In this document: positions 17,709-26,513 of the stretch, piece by piece
How positions within the stretch are numbered: the first letter of the stretch is position 1
Layout: each line of letters begins with the position of its first letter
Source: an uncultured archaeon
GTDB lineage: Archaea > Aenigmatarchaeota > Aenigmatarchaeia > GW2011-AR5
Direction of reading: 5' to 3'
Assembly (NCBI GenBank): GCA_964373695.1
Contig: CAYJVT010000004.1
Coordinates: forward strand, 1-58,275
DNA: 58,275 nucleotides
Translations under genes and position numbers: made by a program
Notes under the pieces: generated by a model
What the model saw: only the letters and a program-made list of their open reading frames with translations
Told to the model about the DNA's origin: nothing
Database searches by the model: none

Positions 17709-17918
17709 ATGAAGAGGCGCCAGCCTTCAGGCCTTAAACTAGCAGGCGACTCGCAGCTGACGATGCCAAAGCCGCCTACACCGCAGCAACAGGCAAAAGC
17801 AATATCCCCTCCTGTCCAGACGCAAAAGCTCAAAGTAACGTCTGTCAGCAGCGTTCCGAGAACGCAGTCCCTGGAAACGAAAGCAAAATACGAGTACAAG
17901 GGCAAGAAGAAGAAATAA
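17709..17918 (+). CDS. small basic hypothetical protein
   Basis: 69-aa ORF ending KAKYEYKGKKKK, with TTTATATA (17663-17670) about 40 nt upstream. No family recognised, and it competes with an antisense ORF. Confidence 0.3.
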   Translation: MKRRQPSGLKLAGDSQLTMPKPPTPQQQAKAISPPVQTQKLKVTSVSSVPRTQSLETKAKYEYKGKKKK

Positions 17919-17962
17919 TCCGGGCAGGATTTCTTTTTAGTTTCATCAGCAAATTATAACAT

Positions 17963-18292
17963 ATGACAAATGACCGCCGCTCGAAGCCTCCATACCAGAT
18001 AAAAATCGCCAAGGAACGCATAGCTATCCTTTTCGACGAGGCCGAGAAAAGGGCAAAGAAAGGCGACTACGACCTCCAGAGGAGATACGTGAGGCTGGCA
18101 AAACGCATTGGGATGAGGTACAACGTCAAGATACCTCCCGGCCTGAAAAGAAAATACTGCAAATACTGCCTCACGTTCCTGTTCCCACGCTCCAGAATGC
18201 GGCTTGACAGGGGCTCAGTAACTATTAAATGCTTTAGCTGCGGTAAAAAGATAAGATATCCTTACGGAACAAAGAGGTCAAGCAAAAAATGA
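17963..18292 (+). CDS. rnp4: RNase P protein component 4 (Rpp21/Rpr2 family)
   Basis: An N-terminal helical region (IAKERIAILFDEAE...YVRLAKRIGMRY) is followed by the zinc ribbon CKYC...CFSCG. Confidence 0.85.
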   Translation: MTNDRRSKPPYQIKIAKERIAILFDEAEKRAKKGDYDLQRRYVRLAKRIGMRYNVKIPPGLKRKYCKYCLTFLFPRSRMRLDRGSVTIKCFSCGKKIRYPYGTKRSSKK

Positions 18293-18702
18293 AAACCATA
18301 CACGACGTCGACGCCCAGCAGTTCGTGAAGCTGGCTTCCGGCGAGCTCAAGGGCAAGATATCGATGCCTGAATGGGCAAAGATGGTCAAGACAGGCTCAT
18401 TCAAGGAAAGGCCGCCGGAGAATGACGACTGGTGGTATATGAGGGCATCCAGCATACTCAGAAAGATCTACATAGACGGCCCTGTAGGCACGTCCAAGCT
18501 CCGCACATTCTACGGAGGGCTTCACAGGAGAGGCCACAAGCCGGCCCATACAGGGAAAGCCGGGGGGAAGATAATACGCACTATATTAATAGACATGGAA
18601 AAAGCCGGTCTCCTCAAAAAGTCCGACAAGGTAAAGAAAGGCAGGGTCGTGACACCTGAAGGCCAGAAATTCGTCAACCAGATTTTGAAGAAGGCCAATT
18701 GA
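18289..18702 (+). CDS. rps19e: 30S ribosomal protein S19e
   Basis: PEWAKMVKTGSFKERPP...WWYMRASSILRKIYIDGPVG...YGG match eS19. It overlaps rnp4 by ATGA. Confidence 0.95.
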   Translation: MKTIHDVDAQQFVKLASGELKGKISMPEWAKMVKTGSFKERPPENDDWWYMRASSILRKIYIDGPVGTSKLRTFYGGLHRRGHKPAHTGKAGGKIIRTILIDMEKAGLLKKSDKVKKGRVVTPEGQKFVNQILKKAN

Positions 18703-18716
18703 TTCTTGGTGGTAAG

Positions 18717-19034
18717 ATGCCGACCGAAGAGGAAATAAAGAAAAGACTTCTTGAGCAGAGGATGCAGGAGGCGATGATGCAGCAGAACGAGCACCAGCAG
18801 ATGCAGCAGGCGCTGGCATCAATAACTTCCCGCATACTGGACAAGAAGGGAAAGGAGCGCCTCTCCAACCTGAAGCTCGTGAAGCCCGAGCTGGCCATGC
18901 AGCTTGAGCTCTACCTTGCCCAGCTGTACCAGGCCGGCCAGATAAGCGGCATCATATCCGACGGCCAGCTCGTGATGATACTGAGGAAGATATCCGAGAA
19001 GCGCGACATAAGGATAAAGAGGAAGGGAAAGTAA
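18717..19034 (+). CDS. PDCD5-like dsDNA-binding protein
   Basis: The Q/E-rich N-terminus followed by ILDKKGKERLSNLKLVKPELAMQLELYL...ISDGQLVMILRKI matches the PDCD5/MTH1615 family. Its position between rps19e and rpl39e is the conserved one. Confidence 0.85.
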   Translation: MPTEEEIKKRLLEQRMQEAMMQQNEHQQMQQALASITSRILDKKGKERLSNLKLVKPELAMQLELYLAQLYQAGQISGIISDGQLVMILRKISEKRDIRIKRKGK

Positions 19035-19165
19035 TCCAATATTGTTATGGATATGCCGAGATCTTATGATTTGCCGGATGAGGTAATTAACATTTATGTT
19101 TTTTATGGCTCAACTTAAAGTCGGCAGCTTTTAATATCTTGTTCTGAATCAATAATGTGATACTT

Positions 19166-19330
19166 ATGGGTTCAAGAAAGCCTCTGGGCAAGAAGATAAA
19201 GCTCATAGCCGCAAGGAAGCAGAGCGCCCCGCGCTGGGCCGACATAAGGAAGTTCTCGCTGAAGAAGGCCAGGACAAGGCGGATAAGGAGCACTGCAAAG
19301 AACTGGAGGCGCGGAAGGGTGAAGGTGTAA
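19166..19330 (+). CDS. rpl39e: 50S ribosomal protein L39e
   Basis: Not in the ORF track because it is only 54 aa. My translation is MGSRKPLGKKIKLIAARKQSAPRWADIRKFSLKKARTRRIRSTAKNWRRGRVKV, which matches eL39. Confidence 0.9.
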   Translation: MGSRKPLGKKIKLIAARKQSAPRWADIRKFSLKKARTRRIRSTAKNWRRGRVKV

Positions 19331-19388
19331 GAAATCTTATGCGGAGCTATGTTTCCGCACAGACTTTCATTCATAAGGTGTTTCAAAT

Positions 19389-19898
19389 ATGGCAAAAGTG
19401 AAAACGACAAAAGAAAAGAAGGAATCGTCCGTAGAGAAGATTTACACGATACCGCTCCGCAAGGCGTACAAGAAAGCCCACCAGAAGAGGACGCCTTACG
19501 CAGTCAGGGAAGTAAAGAAATACATCATCACACACACGAAAGCTTCTTCCGTGAAGATTGGAAGCCGCCTGAACGAGGAATTATGGGGAAGAGGAATAGA
19601 GAAGCCTCCCAGAAGGGTAAGGGTAAAGGCCGTCGTCGAGGAAGGCACGGCCAAGGTAGAGCTGATGGGCCACGATTACACCGAGTTCAAGGCCGTCCCG
19701 AAGAAGGAGAAGATGGACATAAAGGAGAAGCTGATGGAAAGGATGGGGCAGAAGGCGGCCAAGAAGGAGGAGATGGAGAAGGCCCTCGAGGGCAAGAAGG
19801 AGAAGCCGGAAGAGGAGAAGATAGACAAGTCCATCATCGAGAAGCAGCTCGAGGAAGACAAGAAGGAAAAGATGGCGGAGACGGCCAAAGCACAGTAA
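19389..19898 (+). CDS. rpl31e: 50S ribosomal protein L31e with ~75-aa Lys/Glu-rich C-terminal extension
   Basis: IYTIPLRKAYKKAHQKRTPYAVREVKKYIITHTK...LNEELWGRGIEKPPRRVRVKA is the eL31 core. It is followed by a long KE-rich tail. Confidence 0.9.
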   Translation: MAKVKTTKEKKESSVEKIYTIPLRKAYKKAHQKRTPYAVREVKKYIITHTKASSVKIGSRLNEELWGRGIEKPPRRVRVKAVVEEGTAKVELMGHDYTEFKAVPKKEKMDIKEKLMERMGQKAAKKEEMEKALEGKKEKPEEEKIDKSIIEKQLEEDKKEKMAETAKAQ

Positions 19899-19936
19899 GA
19901 ACTACAAGCGCCTTCGGGATCCAATCTTCCAGCAAA

Positions 19937-19956
19937 CCCACGACTTTAGTCGTGGG
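19937..19956 (+). other. perfect 8-bp hairpin downstream of rpl31e
   Basis: cccacgac-ttta-gtcgtggg, 39 nt after the rpl31e stop. It could be a transcript-end or processing structure. Confidence 0.4.
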
Positions 19957-20337
19957 TATACAAAGAAGATGTGATTTAACCGGTTCCTGCAGTTCCACCA
20001 GTTCTTGCTGAACCCGGATTGGCCATGCCGGAGCCTGTTTCATACCACTTGAACACAAAATTCATGCTTTCTTCACGTACTTGCAGTCGACAAACAGCAA
20101 CTCCTCCCGACATGAATCCCTGCTTCGTAATGTTCCCTGTGAGAAATATTCACCCCTCCTTCATAAGTCCTGACATCTCCATTGCAGCGATAAATGACTT
20201 CCGCCACCACAAACTTCTTTCTTCCCATAATCTGGGCACGCGGATCGTGCTCCCGGGTTTCAGGGAAGCCGCATTGTCCATCTGCATAAAGCATACTTAC
20301 AGCCAAATTTCTTATACAGGTAAGCACAATTATTATA

Positions 20338-20826
20338 ATGCTGCTGAAAGGCAAGGTCGCTTCAGGTCCGATGCGCGGCGAGGGCCTCATGGAACATTTT
20401 TATTACAGGATTGTGCATACACTTGGCTTCGAGCCGTACAAGGGCACAATGGACGTGAAGCTGGAACATGACGTCAAGATAAACGACCACGCGACAAAGA
20501 CCATAAACCACGTCCTCCTAGACGGAAGGACCGTGATAGACGCCTACCTGTGCCCGGTCACCATAAGGAAAGGCGAGAAAACCATGAAGGCGTGGATAAT
20601 CAGGAAGAGCGGCGAAGTGTTCTCAAAAAGCATCGTCGAGATAATCTCCAAGGAGCGCATAAAGGACGAGTTCGGGCTGAAGAACGGTGATGAAGTCGAG
20701 CTTGAAATCCATGACACGAAGATGAAGAAAAGCGACAGGAGGAAGGAGCTTGCCATGCGCTTCCGCAGGAAGAAGCAGGACATACCGCATATGTTATCGG
20801 GTGACACCACGCTGATGAAGCGATGA
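20338..20826 (+). CDS. ribK: CTP-dependent riboflavin kinase (archaeal RibK)
   Basis: GKVASGPMRGEG...LGFEPYKGTMDVKL...IVEIISKERIKDEFGLKNGDEVELEI parallels the MJ0056 family (LGFEPYeGTLNlKL ... iiEIIap.klre.f.LkdGD). Confidence 0.85.
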   Translation: MLLKGKVASGPMRGEGLMEHFYYRIVHTLGFEPYKGTMDVKLEHDVKINDHATKTINHVLLDGRTVIDAYLCPVTIRKGEKTMKAWIIRKSGEVFSKSIVEIISKERIKDEFGLKNGDEVELEIHDTKMKKSDRRKELAMRFRRKKQDIPHMLSGDTTLMKR

Positions 20827-20850
20827 AGTTTCATTTTTTTTCTAAAAGGA

Positions 20851-20861
20851 AATCTTATATA
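20851..20861 (+). promoter_or_regulatory. candidate BRE/TATA of giant gene 2 (AATCTTATATA)
   Basis: Lies 36 nt upstream of the ATG at 20897. The same motif occurs at 34630-34640, and with one extra T at 8483-8494. Confidence 0.4.
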
Positions 20862-20896
20862 TGGCTCCCGGTGATATGTATAGTTAAAGGGACTGG

Positions 20897-23800
20897 ATGA
20901 GAAACGGGACAATTTTTCTATGTGTGATAGCGTATGTTTTGCTATTCCTACCGTTCTCTTATGCCGCAACGTTCTATGATGTGCACGCACTGACGTCAAA
21001 ATCCGCGTACAACATAAACGAAACCGTGGTGCTTTACGGATATGTGCTCAACATAACGTCCAATTCCACGGCGAACACAACATCTTACCTCGGAGAAAAT
21101 TCAACCGTTTCAGTCGTAATCAAGAACTCCACGAATTCCACCACAGCCAGCTACACGCTCTATGCCAATTTAAACGGCTCTTTTTACTCCAATAGCACGC
21201 TTTACAACACCAATGTAACAATTCTCGCCCCGAACTCCACCGGCAGCTACAGGATCAACGTCACCTATACCGACCCTTCGAATGCGACTTGGTCATCCGT
21301 TCTTCCCATAATTGTTGTCAGCAAGCAGGTGGATGAAATCACGATAAGCGCGAACAAGGCGGCTTTTTCCTCCTCTGAATCCATGCAGCTTACGATAAGG
21401 GCGGTCCAGCTCATCGGGGACAGCGCTCTGGGAGTGAACAACACTGCGATAAACGGCACCATCAGGAGATACAACGACAGCTCAATCCAGTCCAGATTCA
21501 ACTGCACCACATCCAGTGATGGAAGGTGCTACGTGACGCTGACCGCGCCATCTTCAGTGGAAAAATATTTCATTGAGGTGAACAACTATCTGGGCTACAT
21601 GAGCTTCAGCGTCGTTTCGTTCGACATAGACATCTATGTCAGGGACAGCACCGGAACCAGCTATAGAAATGTCTTCAGGACAGGCGAATCCGGCCTCATC
21701 GAGGTGAGAATCAGCTCCGCAAGCCCGTCCGGCACTTACAATGTCACGGGAAGCATAGCGGATTCCTCGGGCGCAGGAAAGCAGAACATGACATCCATGC
21801 TGCTCAACGTCTCGAACGGATTCGTAAACTCGCTTTCCTTCACTGTAAACAACGTCTTTGCAGCGGGATCGGTATACACGGCGAATGCAACAGTCAGCGA
21901 CGGGACCAACACCGTCACAAAAACCATCATGTTTGAAATAAGGGACTGGACATTCAATTTCGCGAAAAGGAAGACGGATTCGGGCTTTGAATACGGCTAC
22001 ACCGTATTCCCGGACACACGCATGTTTTTGCAGGTGTTCCCGACGGAGCGCGAGAACAGCACCGTGATAAAGAACCTCACCGATGCGAACATAAGCATTT
22101 CACTCAAAAATACGCTCGGCATACAGCTTTCCAATTCGAGTGTCGTATATAATGCAAGCTGCGGCACCATCGACTGCTACGACTTCAACCTGACGGCGCC
22201 GTCTGCCATAGGCGACTACACGATTTCGGTTCTGCTGAACTACAGCAGCGTATCAATGGCACAGGAAAGGACCATCAAGGTGACGAATACGCTGGCGTCA
22301 ATATTCTCGGCGGATTCTGAAGGAGCCATAAAGGAGCTTTTCAGCCCCACCGAATATGTTTACATAAAAGTTTCCGCAAAGAACAAGACATCGAATATAA
22401 GCATATCGGATGTTGACGTCGGCACGATGATTTACGAGAACGGCACCGTAACAAGCTATTCCCAGGCATCCGGAAACACGACAAACATCACTGACAGCAC
22501 ATATGAATGGATGTGGAACTCGTCATCATCGCTTCTCCGAATGGACCCGCCGAAGACAGGCGGGATATACATGCTGGAAATGTACGCCAACAACAGGTCT
22601 GCATATGCCACGACAAAATTCGCCATAAATCCCTATGACGTATGCGCACAGGCAAAAGCCACTTCCGACACGAACACAGTGGATTACTGGTGGCAGTTCA
22701 GGACAACGGACACCATATATTTCCAGATAACGATAAACGAGGCCCAGAACCCGTCGGGAAAAGTTCTTAATACATCAGCGGCCCAGAACGGCACATACGG
22801 GATAGGCAGTGCATGCTCCTTCGACACGACGCGGAAGCAGGCAGTGACCAACGCGAGCATCTCAATATCAAAGGTCCTCAATACTGACAGCAACAGGGAA
22901 GAGTCGCTGAACACGACATCGTCAATATGCCAGTCGACTGACAGCAGCGGCGGCTATCTCTGCACTGCCCAGGCCGATGATAACAAATGGGACGCCGGGA
23001 GGCATGCCGTATTCTTCAATGTCGTGGACAACAACAAAAACACGACAGACAAAGGCGTTGGCTTCTTCGAGACGAGAGCTTTCTACATATACGGCTACCC
23101 TAATACTTGGTACAACAAAAATACCGACAACATAACCTTCAGCGTAAAGCTGTATGAGGCCGGAAGCGGCTGGTGGAGCAGCGGCACAGGTCTGTCAGGA
23201 ACGATTGCCGTAGAAAAAATCAACAACTACGGCTCGTTCGGTGAGTGGATATGGCCTCCCGTGCAGTATCCTTATAACATCACGGGCCTGAATGCCACGA
23301 CTGTTACAAACGGCGCCGGCACGCTCAGTGTCACGGTGAACAGGACAAAAGACGGGACATGGAAATCCGGCAACTACGCGGTTGTTGTGAAGGCGGTCGT
23401 CAACGGGGAGACGGACTACGGCGAAATATGGTTCACCGTAAGAAAGTGGGACGCCTATGCATCGCCTGTCGAGGTTTCGGGAACCAATTATATTTACAAG
23501 AGCTCGTTCAACAGCAGGGAAAACATAAGCCTTTACGTCCGGCTCTCGGAGGCGGGAGGATACTCCGATACAGGAGGAACCTATATCGGAAATGTCAGCA
23601 TCAGGGTGAAATCAATCCAGGACTATTCAAAATGGCCGGCATCCGTGATATCCACCACTTCCTACAACAGCACAACAGCAACTGTAAACACGTCAAGCCC
23701 GTGGTACTCGACATCAGGCGTTGCGCAGAACTATCCGGGTCATGTTGTCAACATAACAAAGCTCGGCTCGTGGGACTCCGGCTACTACAGCGTTGTCCTT

Positions 23801-26509
23801 GACATAAACGGGACAGAGACGGGATACGGATGGTTCAGCATCATAAACTTCCAGACCAACACATTCCCCACCAACAGCACAGGCTCCAACAACTATTATT
23901 TCACAGGCACCACGCCCATATACTTCAACGTCACCACCACAAAGAACTGGAAAGGCTCATACGCAGCCGCCGATTACATAAACACGACAGTGGAAGACGG
24001 ATTTGTGAGGACGTGGCAGTCATCAACAAACTCTCCCATCGAGTTCAACTATCCCGAAAATTTCAACATCACGCCACTTAATGTGTCGAACGGCAGCGCA
24101 ATTATCAGCATAAACAAGAGCACTTCATGGCCTTCGGGATGGTATTACGGCGAGCTGACGCTCAAGGACCCAACCAACCTCACCGGAAAAGGCTGGATAT
24201 ATTTCTCAGTGAAGCCGTTCAGAATCAGCACGTCCGGCAACAGCCTGATTTCAACCACTAGAAACCTCACGCTGAACTTGTCCATACTGGAGCCGGAGTA
24301 CTCGCAGGGCACCAGGAGATTTGCGAATTATACAGTGGAAAAGATAACAGAAACCATATGGTCATATACGGGCCGGACGTTCAGGCAGTACAACTTCTCG
24401 CCCACAACCAACTTCACCCAGAACATATCCCTTAATGTCAGCCCGATAAACGGCAGGTGGTCGCCGGGATGGAGGTATATCAGCGTGCTCGTGAAGGACA
24501 ACAACACGAACTCCACCGAGGAGCAGTGGTACTCGTTCCAAGCGCTTCCTTTCCAGACAAGCGTTTCAAGGACGTCGGGGGCCTCCATAGGGCCCAACAC
24601 AAACGTGACGGTCAACGTGACGCTGACTGACCCGATAACAGGGGCCCGGACAACCGGAAACGTTTCGTCCGTGTACTACTGGGGATGGCCTTCGAAGACG
24701 CAGTACAGGTTTGCCGTAGGCACATGTGATTCCCAAATCAATGGCAGCTGCATGATAAACGGAAGCGCCACGCTCAAGATATTGCCGCCGACAGGCGGAT
24801 GGGAAGAAGGATACAGGTATATGTACTTCAACTTCATTGACAGCCTTGACGCCTCGACCACCGTGGAGACGTGGAACAGCATTTACTTCGAGGTCAAGCA
24901 GCCGCTTTCCGGCTACATGTACGCCGTTGACAAAAATGCCAACTATGTCTACAGGTATTCAAACCAGGACAACGTTACGATGTACCTCTACAGCCTGCAG
25001 AACCTCTCAGGCAGCGCAATAAGCGTGAACGTCACAAATGTCCAGTATGCGCAGTCGGAGCCCAACTGCTGGAGCGATTCGTGCAGAAATTACCAGAATG
25101 TTCCATGGTTTGTCGTCACTTACAGCAGCGCTGCATTTTCAGCATATTCCGGCAGCAACATCACCGGGACCGGCTATGTAAGGCTCAACAAGACCGGCAT
25201 CTGGTCAAACGGGGAATATTATATCAGGATAAGTGTCTCGTCCGGCGGCGACACGGCGACCATAAAGAACGGATATTTCAGGGTGGTCGACAACCAGATA
25301 CCTCATGTCACCATCACAAGCCCTGCAGTGGATTCCACCATAACAGGAGCAACACTTGACGTTGCGGCGACGTCCTCAGAGAATGCGCAATGCTGGACGA
25401 CCATATTTGACTACGGAAACTTTTACAGAACCAACTGCGGAAGCCAGGATGGAAATTATTCAGTCCACTGCAACAGCACAAGATACAGCAATGCAACCAC
25501 ATTATATTATGACACCATTTACCCCGGATTCAGGACATATTTAACATCCACCATCACATCGCATGAAAGCAGAACTTTCGGGACGTCAGGCGGCACATCG
25601 CATTCATTTTCAGTGCCTACAACCTACATGGCCAACCAGCATTACGCACTTCAGGTATGGTGTTACGACTCCGACTGGAACTACGGGTACAACACGACAG
25701 TCATCCTTGTGAACAGCACCATTCCTCTTGGTACCGGAATATACGTGCCGGCCAATACGACATATGTTTCGACCAACATAAACCTGAATTATACCGTCAA
25801 CGGCACAAACGTAGACAGATGCTATTACAGGCTCAACGGCGGCTCCATTACGCTGCTGAACAAATGCACCAATGTAAATGAAACCGTTCCCATAGTCGCA
25901 TCGGAGGGCCTGAATAACATAAGGGTTTACGTTAACAACACGGCTGGAGATTCAAATTCAACTATAGTATATTTCAGCGTCAGGAACAACACGGTACCAA
26001 CAAGCGGATTGCTCGTGGCAAGCAACACAACATTCTCGAGGGGAACCTACAACCTCTCGACAGGAATCAACATAACGGCATCCAACATAACCCTTGACTG
26101 CAACCTTGCAGTTCTCCGCGGCAACGGGACAGGGATAGGCATCAATGCGATAGGCTTCAGCGGCCTGAATATAACGAACTGCGACATACTGAACTTCACC
26201 TACGGCATGAGGCTGCAGGGAACCAACCTGACCATCCAGAACAACAGCATCTACAACAACACCGCGGGGATAAACATTACGTCAAACGCCATCGCCAATG
26301 CGACATCGGTCAACATAACACTGAACAACATCTTCAACAACACGCTCTTCAACTTCGTGAACAACCAGAGCGGCAACATATCGATCCCAAGGAACTGGTG
26401 GGGCACATCCAACGTCAGTCTCATGAACGGGACGATATACGACTTTTACAACAACAGCAACTTCGGCCTCGCCAACTTCACCACAATACTTTCGGGGCGG
26501 GTGAGATGA
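20897..26509 (+). CDS. giant secreted sequon-rich surface protein 2 with C-terminal parallel beta-helix (NosD/PbH1-like) domain
   Basis: Signal peptide MRNGTIFLCVIAYVLLFLPFSYAA, with very dense N-x-S/T throughout. The C-terminal ITLDCN..LRGNGTGIGINA..GLNITNCDILNFTYGMRLQGTNLTIQNNSIYNNTAGINITS...NWWG is typical of right-handed beta-helix repeats. No TM anchor. Confidence 0.85.
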   Translation: MRNGTIFLCVIAYVLLFLPFSYAATFYDVHALTSKSAYNINETVVLYGYVLNITSNSTANTTSYLGENSTVSVVIKNSTNSTTASYTLYANLNGSFYSNSTLYNTNVTILAPNSTGSYRINVTYTDPSNATWSSVLPIIVVSKQVDEITISANKAAFSSSESMQLTIRAVQLIGDSALGVNNTAINGTIRRYNDSSIQSRFNCTTSSDGRCYVTLTAPSSVEKYFIEVNNYLGYMSFSVVSFDIDIYVRDSTGTSYRNVFRTGESGLIEVRISSASPSGTYNVTGSIADSSGAGKQNMTSMLLNVSNGFVNSLSFTVNNVFAAGSVYTANATVSDGTNTVTKTIMFEIRDWTFNFAKRKTDSGFEYGYTVFPDTRMFLQVFPTERENSTVIKNLTDANISISLKNTLGIQLSNSSVVYNASCGTIDCYDFNLTAPSAIGDYTISVLLNYSSVSMAQERTIKVTNTLASIFSADSEGAIKELFSPTEYVYIKVSAKNKTSNISISDVDVGTMIYENGTVTSYSQASGNTTNITDSTYEWMWNSSSSLLRMDPPKTGGIYMLEMYANNRSAYATTKFAINPYDVCAQAKATSDTNTVDYWWQFRTTDTIYFQITINEAQNPSGKVLNTSAAQNGTYGIGSACSFDTTRKQAVTNASISISKVLNTDSNREESLNTTSSICQSTDSSGGYLCTAQADDNKWDAGRHAVFFNVVDNNKNTTDKGVGFFETRAFYIYGYPNTWYNKNTDNITFSVKLYEAGSGWWSSGTGLSGTIAVEKINNYGSFGEWIWPPVQYPYNITGLNATTVTNGAGTLSVTVNRTKDGTWKSGNYAVVVKAVVNGETDYGEIWFTVRKWDAYASPVEVSGTNYIYKSSFNSRENISLYVRLSEAGGYSDTGGTYIGNVSIRVKSIQDYSKWPASVISTTSYNSTTATVNTSSPWYSTSGVAQNYPGHVVNITKLGSWDSGYYSVVLDINGTETGYGWFSIINFQTNTFPTNSTGSNNYYFTGTTPIYFNVTTTKNWKGSYAAADYINTTVEDGFVRTWQSSTNSPIEFNYPENFNITPLNVSNGSAIISINKSTSWPSGWYYGELTLKDPTNLTGKGWIYFSVKPFRISTSGNSLISTTRNLTLNLSILEPEYSQGTRRFANYTVEKITETIWSYTGRTFRQYNFSPTTNFTQNISLNVSPINGRWSPGWRYISVLVKDNNTNSTEEQWYSFQALPFQTSVSRTSGASIGPNTNVTVNVTLTDPITGARTTGNVSSVYYWGWPSKTQYRFAVGTCDSQINGSCMINGSATLKILPPTGGWEEGYRYMYFNFIDSLDASTTVETWNSIYFEVKQPLSGYMYAVDKNANYVYRYSNQDNVTMYLYSLQNLSGSAISVNVTNVQYAQSEPNCWSDSCRNYQNVPWFVVTYSSAAFSAYSGSNITGTGYVRLNKTGIWSNGEYYIRISVSSGGDTATIKNGYFRVVDNQIPHVTITSPAVDSTITGATLDVAATSSENAQCWTTIFDYGNFYRTNCGSQDGNYSVHCNSTRYSNATTLYYDTIYPGFRTYLTSTITSHESRTFGTSGGTSHSFSVPTTYMANQHYALQVWCYDSDWNYGYNTTVILVNSTIPLGTGIYVPANTTYVSTNINLNYTVNGTNVDRCYYRLNGGSITLLNKCTNVNETVPIVASEGLNNIRVYVNNTAGDSNSTIVYFSVRNNTVPTSGLLVASNTTFSRGTYNLSTGINITASNITLDCNLAVLRGNGTGIGINAIGFSGLNITNCDILNFTYGMRLQGTNLTIQNNSIYNNTAGINITSNAIANATSVNITLNNIFNNTLFNFVNNQSGNISIPRNWWGTSNVSLMNGTIYDFYNNSNFGLANFTTILSGRVR

Positions 26510-26513
26510 TAGT

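Noticed and set aside
19349-20011. 220-aa plus-strand ORF rich in Arg/Gly/Glu
   Set aside because: It is an alternative frame of the rpl31e gene and its KE-rich tail. The eL31 frame has clear homology, and this frame is a low-complexity artefact.
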